Shown here: piece by piece, positions 58,217 to 64,000 of the stretch
How positions within the stretch are numbered: the stretch's first letter is position 1
Layout of the letters: each line of letters starts with the position of its first letter
Program-made: the position numbers and the translations under genes
Origin: an uncultured Desulfospira sp.
GTDB taxonomy: Bacteria > Desulfobacterota > Desulfobacteria > Desulfobacterales > Desulfobacteraceae
Direction of reading: 5' to 3'
Assembly: GCA_963663165.1 (NCBI GenBank)
Contig: OY760175.1
Location: 128,001-192,000, forward strand
Length of the DNA stretch: 64,000 nt
The notes under the pieces: generated by a model
The model's database searches: none
Told to the model about the DNA's origin: nothing
What the model saw: only the letters and a program-made list of their open reading frames with translations

Positions 58217-59395
58217 TTATTTAATTTCTTCGTCGGTCAGATAACACGCCGGGTCCGAATCCCAGGGATCATTGGCCACAGATTCCGCCCGGGCCCTGAA
58301 ATTGCCGGCACAGATATCCAGCCAGCGGCACCCGGCACACCGTCCCTTAACGTGTTTTTTCTTTTCCTTCATCTTCATGAGAAATTCGTTTTCAGGATCG
58401 GTCCAGAGTTCGGAAAAGGGGCGGTCTTTGATATTGCCAAAACTGATTTCCCGCCAGAACTGGTCCGGGTGGACCTCGCCGTCCCATGAAATACAGCCGA
58501 TGCCTCTGCCCGAGTTGTTTCCCTCGTTCATCTCAAGCAGTTCAAGCACCTCTGCGGCCCGGTCCGGGTCTTCCTTGAGCAGCCGCTGGTAAACGTAAGG
58601 GCCGTCGGCATGATTGTCCACGGTAAGGATTTCCTTGGGCTTATTTCGCTCATGAAGATCCCGGGTCCGGTCCATGATCAGGTCCAGGACCTTTCGGGTT
58701 TCCTCGTGGCTTAAATCCTCTTTGGCGATTTCACTGCCCCGGCCGGAGTAAACCAGGTGGTAAAAACAGGCCCTGGGGATGTTCTTTTGTTCAAGCAGGT
58801 CAAAGACCCCCGGGATATCCTGAACATTTCTCTTGTTGATGGTAAAGCGCAACCCCACCTTGATGCCGGCGTCCTGGCAGTATTCAATGGCCTTCATGAC
58901 CTTTTGGAAACTGCCTTTAACCCCCCTGAATTTGTCATGGGTTTCTTCCATTCCGTCCAGGCTGATGCCCACATAGGACAGGCCGATCTCCTTGAGGGTT
59001 TTGGCCTTTTCCCGGGTGATCAGGGTTCCGTTGGTGGAGATCACCGCCCGCATGCCTTTGGATACCGCATATTTGGCGTAATCCACAAGCCTGGGGTGAA
59101 CCAGGGGCTCTCCACCGGAAAACAGCAGGACCGGCACCCCGAATTGGGCCAGGTCATCAATCATGGTGATACACTGTTCATGGGTCAGCTCGTTGTCATA
59201 GGAAATGTCCTCGGATCTGGCATAACAGTGAACACACTTCAGGTTGCACCTCCGGGTCATGTTCCAGACCACCACCGGTTTTTTATCAACGGAAAACTGA
59301 AGCAGGTGGGAGGGCAGGTTGCCCGAATGTCTGGCATACCGCAGGGCATCAGAAGGTTCAACCGTGGCACAGTACAGCTTGGAAATTCCAATCAT
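58217..59395 (-). CDS. ahbC: 12,18-didecarboxysirohaem deacetylase (radical SAM)
   Basis: MIGISKLYC, KPVVVWNMTRRCNLKCVHCY, LTVDNHADG, GNNSGRGIGC, DPACYLTDEEI. Confidence 0.93.
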   Translation of the reverse strand: MIGISKLYCATVEPSDALRYARHSGNLPSHLLQFSVDKKPVVVWNMTRRCNLKCVHCYARSEDISYDNELTHEQCITMIDDLAQFGVPVLLFSGGEPLVHPRLVDYAKYAVSKGMRAVISTNGTLITREKAKTLKEIGLSYVGISLDGMEETHDKFRGVKGSFQKVMKAIEYCQDAGIKVGLRFTINKRNVQDIPGVFDLLEQKNIPRACFYHLVYSGRGSEIAKEDLSHEETRKVLDLIMDRTRDLHERNKPKEILTVDNHADGPYVYQRLLKEDPDRAAEVLELLEMNEGNNSGRGIGCISWDGEVHPDQFWREISFGNIKDRPFSELWTDPENEFLMKMKEKKKHVKGRCAGCRWLDICAGNFRARAESVANDPWDSDPACYLTDEEIK

Positions 59396-61137
59396 TGTAT
59401 TTCTTTCCTGATAAGATGGTTAAGGTATTCATTATGGTCCAGCAAGGCCTTTTTGGAGAGGAAAAACCGGTTTTTCCCTGTTTTTTCCCGGACAAGGTTG
59501 AATCCGTCATAATATTTGTCATAGATATTTCTTAAAATTTCCTCGCTGGTAGCGCGGTGTTCCACAAACTGCTCAATAAGAAAATCAATGGCATCTTCTT
59601 CAAAAACCACGTTCATATCATAGCTTTTGGATATTTCAACCTCAATTTCCTTGACCGAGTCATAGAACTTTTTGATCTGCTTGACGGCATCGTCGACTTC
59701 AATCACGTTGGAGACAAAATATTGGGCCACCAGGTCACACCTTATTCGGGACAGGGTCAGTCCGTGGCGGATGGACAGCCGTTTCCAGTTGTCTTTGAGG
59801 TAGGTGGTAATGTATGAGGTAAAATCCTGCTTTACCCGTTTGAATTCGGCTTCAAAGGCCTCAAGATTTTCACCGGCTTCCAGCTGTTTCAACACCGTTT
59901 TGGGGGAGGTTAAAAGGGTCTGGTTGACGGTCAGGTGGCCCACACTGGTGGATGGCAGCCGTTCTTCAAAAGGTAAAAGGGCATCTTCCACCACACTGAC
60001 CAGACCCCGGGCCCCGGTGTTCTCTTTAAACGCCCGTTCCGCTAAGATTTTAAGGGCATTGTCGCTGAACACAATATCCAGGCCATAGGCGCAAAAATCA
60101 AGGCGCTTGTTTAAGATCACCGGGTTGTTGGGCATTTTTAAAACGGCATACAGGTCATCCTTGTCCAGGGTGTCCAGCACACACCTTACCGGAACCCTGC
60201 CGATAAATTCAGACTCAAACCCGAACTTGACCAGATCCTCGGCCCGGGTCTGCTTGAGCAGGTCCACCTCGTCACGGCTCTGGTTGAGCCTGGACCCAAA
60301 CCCGATGCTCTGCTTGGTCAGCCGTCTTCGGACCACATCGGACAGCCCTGAAAAGGCCCCGCTCAAAATGAACAAGATATTAGCAGTGTTCACCCGCCGC
60401 TTGGTTCTTTTGCCGGTTTTCTGGAAAAATTCAAGCTCCTGCATCATGGACACGGGATCATGGGGGACTTTCAGGTCCACTTCGGTCTCTTCCATGGGCT
60501 TTAAAAGGGCACGCTGAACCCCGGTCCTGGAGATCTGGGCACCGATGACATTGGGGCTTGCCGCAATCTTGTCGACTTCATCAATGTAGATAATGCCGCA
60601 TTCGGCAAGTTCTATATCGTCATCGGCCTCCTTGACCAGATCCCGGATCAGGTCTTCCACATCGCCGCCCACATATCCGGTTTCGGAAAATTTGGTGGCG
60701 TCGGCCTTGACAAAAGGCACCCCGATCCGTTTGGCAATGAGTTTGATCAGGTAGGTTTTCCCGATGCCGGTAGGGCCGAGCAGGAGAATATTGGATTTTA
60801 TATTGCCCGAAAGCCTGGGCATATCCCGGCCCCGGATTTCTTGCTGCCGGATCCGGTTAAAATGGGTACAGATTTTTGTGGAAAGAACAGACTTGGCCCT
60901 GTCCTGCCGGACAACATATTGATCCAGGTATGAGATCAGTTCGGCGGGCTTGATATCGAAATGAATGAGCTCCTTTCTGCCTTTTGAAGGAGACTTTCCA
61001 GTGATAGGGGTCTGGCGGGGCTGTATGGAGGGAGAAATAATTTTAACACTCCCCCCGAATTTTTTATTTAAAAATTCCCCGAGTTCCTTTTCCACTTGTT
61101 TGGGGTCTTGAGCGTGAATCTCATTAAACGTTTTCAT
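59392..61137 (-). CDS. ClpX-like AAA+ ATPase lacking the N-terminal zinc finger, with a C-terminal extension
   Basis: KSNILLLGPTGIGKT, ADATKFSETGYVGGDVE, IYIDEVDK, GVQRALLK, EFIGRVP, TGARGL. Confidence 0.85.
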   Translation of the reverse strand: MKTFNEIHAQDPKQVEKELGEFLNKKFGGSVKIISPSIQPRQTPITGKSPSKGRKELIHFDIKPAELISYLDQYVVRQDRAKSVLSTKICTHFNRIRQQEIRGRDMPRLSGNIKSNILLLGPTGIGKTYLIKLIAKRIGVPFVKADATKFSETGYVGGDVEDLIRDLVKEADDDIELAECGIIYIDEVDKIAASPNVIGAQISRTGVQRALLKPMEETEVDLKVPHDPVSMMQELEFFQKTGKRTKRRVNTANILFILSGAFSGLSDVVRRRLTKQSIGFGSRLNQSRDEVDLLKQTRAEDLVKFGFESEFIGRVPVRCVLDTLDKDDLYAVLKMPNNPVILNKRLDFCAYGLDIVFSDNALKILAERAFKENTGARGLVSVVEDALLPFEERLPSTSVGHLTVNQTLLTSPKTVLKQLEAGENLEAFEAEFKRVKQDFTSYITTYLKDNWKRLSIRHGLTLSRIRCDLVAQYFVSNVIEVDDAVKQIKKFYDSVKEIEVEISKSYDMNVVFEEDAIDFLIEQFVEHRATSEEILRNIYDKYYDGFNLVREKTGKNRFFLSKKALLDHNEYLNHLIRKEIQ

Positions 61138-61185
61138 AATGAAGATAATATAAACAAGGTTGGTAAATTATCAAGCAGGCCAGGC

Positions 61186-61371
61186 TTAAGAATCTTTTTT
61201 TACTTTCTCCTGAAAGTAAGAACAGGGTTCACCGGAGCTTTGGTATACGACCGTACTGGGCATCTGCCGGGATTTAAAACCCAGAGCCCTGCAACCGTTG
61301 GGATGGGCTATCTCCCAGGTAACGTAGAAGAACTGACATTTAAAGCAGTTTCGTTTATAATCCTTGACCAT
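61186..61371 (-). CDS. Small four-cysteine protein (61 aa)
   Basis: NCFKCQFFYVTW...GCRALGFKS...P..VVYQSSG.PC; co-oriented with the ClpX-like gene. Confidence 0.65.
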   Translation of the reverse strand: MVKDYKRNCFKCQFFYVTWEIAHPNGCRALGFKSRQMPSTVVYQSSGEPCSYFQEKVKKDS

Positions 61372-61673
61372 GAACTGTTAAGCTGCCTGATGCTTGGGCC
61401 TTTTCTCTAAGGGTGATGGTTCGCGTTTTGTAAAAGACTTATACCATATTTTGTATGAAAAACGCTAAGGAAAAGGCTTGGGGAAATTGCCGGTTGTTTG
61501 CCCGTTGTTTGATGTCGGTTTGGAGTGGATAATAATGTAGAAAAGGTAATTAGACTGAAGGTGGTTAGGCTGAAGGGATGCACTGCCCTAAATCCCTTCA
61601 GCCTTCAGTCTTCAGCCTAAATCCCTAAATAATTGGAATTAACCTGATTTTTACATGAATTGCACTGGGCAAT

Positions 61674-61708
61674 AAAAAAAGGGCTGATAAAAACTCAGCC
61701 CTTTTTTT
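61674..61708 (-). terminator. Bidirectional intrinsic terminator after tRNA-Leu
   Basis: A-tract, GGGCTGA...TCAGCCC, T-tract. Confidence 0.8.
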
Positions 61709-61716
61709 AAATTGTA

Positions 61717-61801
61717 TGGTGCCGAAGGGGAGATTTGAACTCCCACGGGTCTCCCCACACGCCCCTCAAGCGTGCGTGTCTACCTATTCCACCACTTCGG
61801 C
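61717..61801 (-). tRNA. tRNA-Leu (anticodon GAG)
   Basis: Minus strand GCCGAAG...CTTCGGC-ACCA acceptor stem, anticodon arm CACGC-TTGAGGG-GCGTG, long variable arm, GTTCAAATC T-loop; downstream of secG. Confidence 0.96.
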
Positions 61802-61815
61802 ATTTCTTTGTTCGT

Positions 61816-62148
61816 CTATTCGGTTGCGCTGCCGGTATTGCCGGTCTGGTCTTGTGCCGGTTGTAAGGGTTGGCTTTGTTCAACCGTGTCGGCATTCTTC
61901 ATGACGCTGCTCTCTGACTGGTGGCCGGAAAGATAGGCCAGTGACAGGGAGGTGATCATAAAGATAATGGCAACGCCGGTGGTCACCTTGGCAAGAAGGC
62001 TTGCCGGACCGGAGGCACCGAACAGTGTCTGGCTTGCTCCGCCGCCGAGAGAAACCCCCATCTCAGCGCCTTTTCCGCTCTGAAGCAGTACGATCAGGAT
62101 CAAGAGAACACAGACGATAATATGTATGGTAACAATAAAACTTGTCAT
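61816..62148 (-). CDS. secG: Preprotein translocase subunit SecG
   Basis: VLLQSGKGA...[10 protein letters not shown], two TM segments; tpiA-secG-tRNA-Leu synteny. Confidence 0.96.
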   Translation of the reverse strand: MTSFIVTIHIIVCVLLILIVLLQSGKGAEMGVSLGGGASQTLFGASGPASLLAKVTTGVAIIFMITSLSLAYLSGHQSESSVMKNADTVEQSQPLQPAQDQTGNTGSATE

Positions 62149-62149
62149 T

Positions 62150-62917
62150 TTATCCGCTTTGTTTGTTAAAGTTTATTATATGAATAAACTTATCCGCATC
62201 AAGGCTTGCGCCGCCAACCAGTGCCCCGTCAACATCTTCGATGGCCATGAGGTCTTTTGCATTCTCAGGCTTGACCGATCCGCCGTAAAGGATCCGGGTG
62301 GCATCGGCCAGTTCTTTGGAATATAAAGATTCCAAATGTTTTCTTAAGTGCCTGTGGACCTCTTCGACCATATCGGTGGTGGCTGTCTTGCCGGTACCGA
62401 TGGCCCATACGGGCTCGTAAGCCAGCACAAGATCCTGGATGTCTTCAGGACCTGAAGCTTTTAACCCATCTGATACCTGTTTGTCAAGGACAAAAAAAGT
62501 TTTTCCCTGGTCCCGTTCGGCTTCGGTTTCCCCGATGCAAAGGACCGGCTTTAACCCTTCTTTAACAGCGGCGGTTACCTTTTTGGAAACAGACTCATCG
62601 GTTTCCCCGAAGTACTGGCGCCGTTCCGAGTGGCCGATAATGACATATTCCGCACCCGCATCCTTGATCATGGGGGCGGATACTTCGCCGGTATAGGCGC
62701 CCTCGGCTTCAAAGTACAGGTTCTGGGCCCCTGCTTTGACCGGGCTGCCTTCAAAGGCCCTGGCCACCAGGGGAAGGGACAGGTAGGTGGGGGCAATCAT
62801 CACTTCCACGTCTGTCACATCTTTGCACAGTTCTGCCAGACGGGATGCCGTTGCCACCGCTTGGGTCCCGGTTTTGTACATTTTCCAGTTGCCTGCGATC
62901 AGTGGTATTCTGCTCAT
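62150..62917 (-). CDS. tpiA: Triosephosphate isomerase
   Basis: AGNWKM, GHSERR, AYEPVWAIGTG, LYGGSV, LVGGASL. Confidence 0.98.
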   Translation of the reverse strand: MSRIPLIAGNWKMYKTGTQAVATASRLAELCKDVTDVEVMIAPTYLSLPLVARAFEGSPVKAGAQNLYFEAEGAYTGEVSAPMIKDAGAEYVIIGHSERRQYFGETDESVSKKVTAAVKEGLKPVLCIGETEAERDQGKTFFVLDKQVSDGLKASGPEDIQDLVLAYEPVWAIGTGKTATTDMVEEVHRHLRKHLESLYSKELADATRILYGGSVKPENAKDLMAIEDVDGALVGGASLDADKFIHIINFNKQSG

Positions 62918-62932
62918 ATTGTCCTCCCAACC

Positions 62933-63940
62933 CTAGAGGGATTTGCCCACCATAAGGGCCAGTTCAGCCAGTCTGGCAGAGTACCCGGCTTCGTTGTCAT
63001 ACCAGGAGTAAATTTTGACCATGTTGCCGTTGATGACATCCGTGCAGGAGGCATCCACGATGGATGACAGGGGATTGGACATGTAATCAATGGACACAAG
63101 GGGGGCTTCGGTGTAGCCCATGATGCCGGCAAGGCTTCCCTTTGATTCTTTTTCAAGGGCGGCATTCACCACTTCCTTGGTCAGGTCTGTTTTTTCGGTG
63201 AGGGCCACCAGATCCACCAGGGAGACATTGGGGGTGGGAACCCTGACGGACAGGCCGTTGAGTTTGCCCTTAAGTTCGGGAAGGACAAGGGACACCGCCT
63301 TGGCGGCGCCGGTGGTGGTCGGAATCATGGAAAGGGCGGCTGAGCGGGCTCTTCTCAGGTCTTTATGGGGGAAGTCCAGAAGCCGCTGATCACCTGTATA
63401 AGAGTGAACCGTGGTCATCATGCCGGACACAATCCCGAAGTTTTCCAAAAGAACCTTGGCGACCGGCGCCAGGCAGTTGGTGGTGCAGGATGCATTGGAA
63501 ATAATGGTATGGGCGGACGGGTCGTACATGGCATCGTTGACGCCCAGGACGATGGTCACGTCCGGATCAGGTGCCGGCGCGGAGATCAATACTTTTTTGG
63601 CCCCGCCCTTAAGGTGTTTGGAAGCCCCTTCCTTGTCCCGGAAAATACCGGTGCATTCAAGGACGATATCCACTCCGGCATCTCCCCAGGGGATCTCAGC
63701 CGGATCTCTGTGGGCCGTAACCGTAATCTTTTTATCGTCAATGAAAATAGCACCTTCTTCTGCACGGATGTCCTTGTTGAGGATGCCGTGAACAGAGTCG
63801 TAAGTCAAAAGGTGTGCTGTCGTCTTTGTGTCTGTAAGGTCGTTAATATGGACCACCTCAAGTTCAGGGTGGTTCAGGGCGGATCTAAGAACCACCCGGC
63901 CGATTCTGCCGAAACCGTTTATACCCAGTTTGATACTCAT
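62933..63940 (-). CDS. gap: Glyceraldehyde-3-phosphate dehydrogenase, type I
   Basis: GINGFGRIGR, SNASCTTNCL, TTTGAAKA, WYDNE. Confidence 0.98.
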   Translation of the reverse strand: MSIKLGINGFGRIGRVVLRSALNHPELEVVHINDLTDTKTTAHLLTYDSVHGILNKDIRAEEGAIFIDDKKITVTAHRDPAEIPWGDAGVDIVLECTGIFRDKEGASKHLKGGAKKVLISAPAPDPDVTIVLGVNDAMYDPSAHTIISNASCTTNCLAPVAKVLLENFGIVSGMMTTVHSYTGDQRLLDFPHKDLRRARSAALSMIPTTTGAAKAVSLVLPELKGKLNGLSVRVPTPNVSLVDLVALTEKTDLTKEVVNAALEKESKGSLAGIMGYTEAPLVSIDYMSNPLSSIVDASCTDVINGNMVKIYSWYDNEAGYSARLAELALMVGKSL

Positions 63941-64000
63941 ACTTAGCTCCTTTTCGTTCCTTTTAATATCCCGCTGGCCAGAGAAATGCTCCGTTTCCCA

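Noticed and set aside
61600..61801. tRNA-Leu as an integration site for an island
   Set aside because: No integrase, and no duplicated tRNA 3' end was noticed in the window.
63944..64000. 3' end of a gene upstream of gap
   Set aside because: Under 20 codons visible; cannot be identified.

Overview
Bacterial chromosomal window, most consistent with a sulfate-reducing Desulfobacteraceae-like organism (inferred from the Ahb haem pathway, sigma54 regulation and gene content; not verified). From left to right: (1) a co-oriented redox cluster with nqrA(partial)BCDEF, a GltD/DsrL-like Fe-S flavoprotein, an FAD oxidoreductase, 2-oxoacid:ferredoxin oxidoreductase alpha/beta, trxC and a phosphotransferase; (2) an accessory two-gene module of a frameshifted P-loop ATPase coupled to a STAND-like ATPase-wHTH-TPR protein, a candidate uncharacterised defence/conflict system; (3) a divergent sigma54 promoter pair sharing upstream palindromes, pointing at a YkgJ-type Cys protein and an unannotated 49-aa basic peptide, next to a sigma54 activator; (4) a REC-GGDEF gene, an internally deleted hybrid kinase and a 46-aa Cys-rich peptide; (5) a TetR-TRAP-CoA ligase-carboxyltransferase catabolic operon; (6) large surface proteins (VPLP-CTERM-type, dockerin/cohesin-like); (7) housekeeping genes ftsY, pfp, acs, ahbC-hemB-ahbD, a ClpX-like ATPase, tRNA-Leu, secG, tpiA and gap. 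Intergenic DNA is rich in heptamer palindromic repeats, REP doublets, two MITE families with target-site duplications and a 94-nt structured repeat. No CRISPR array, rRNA, transposase or integrase was seen. All family calls come from motif recognition, not database searches.
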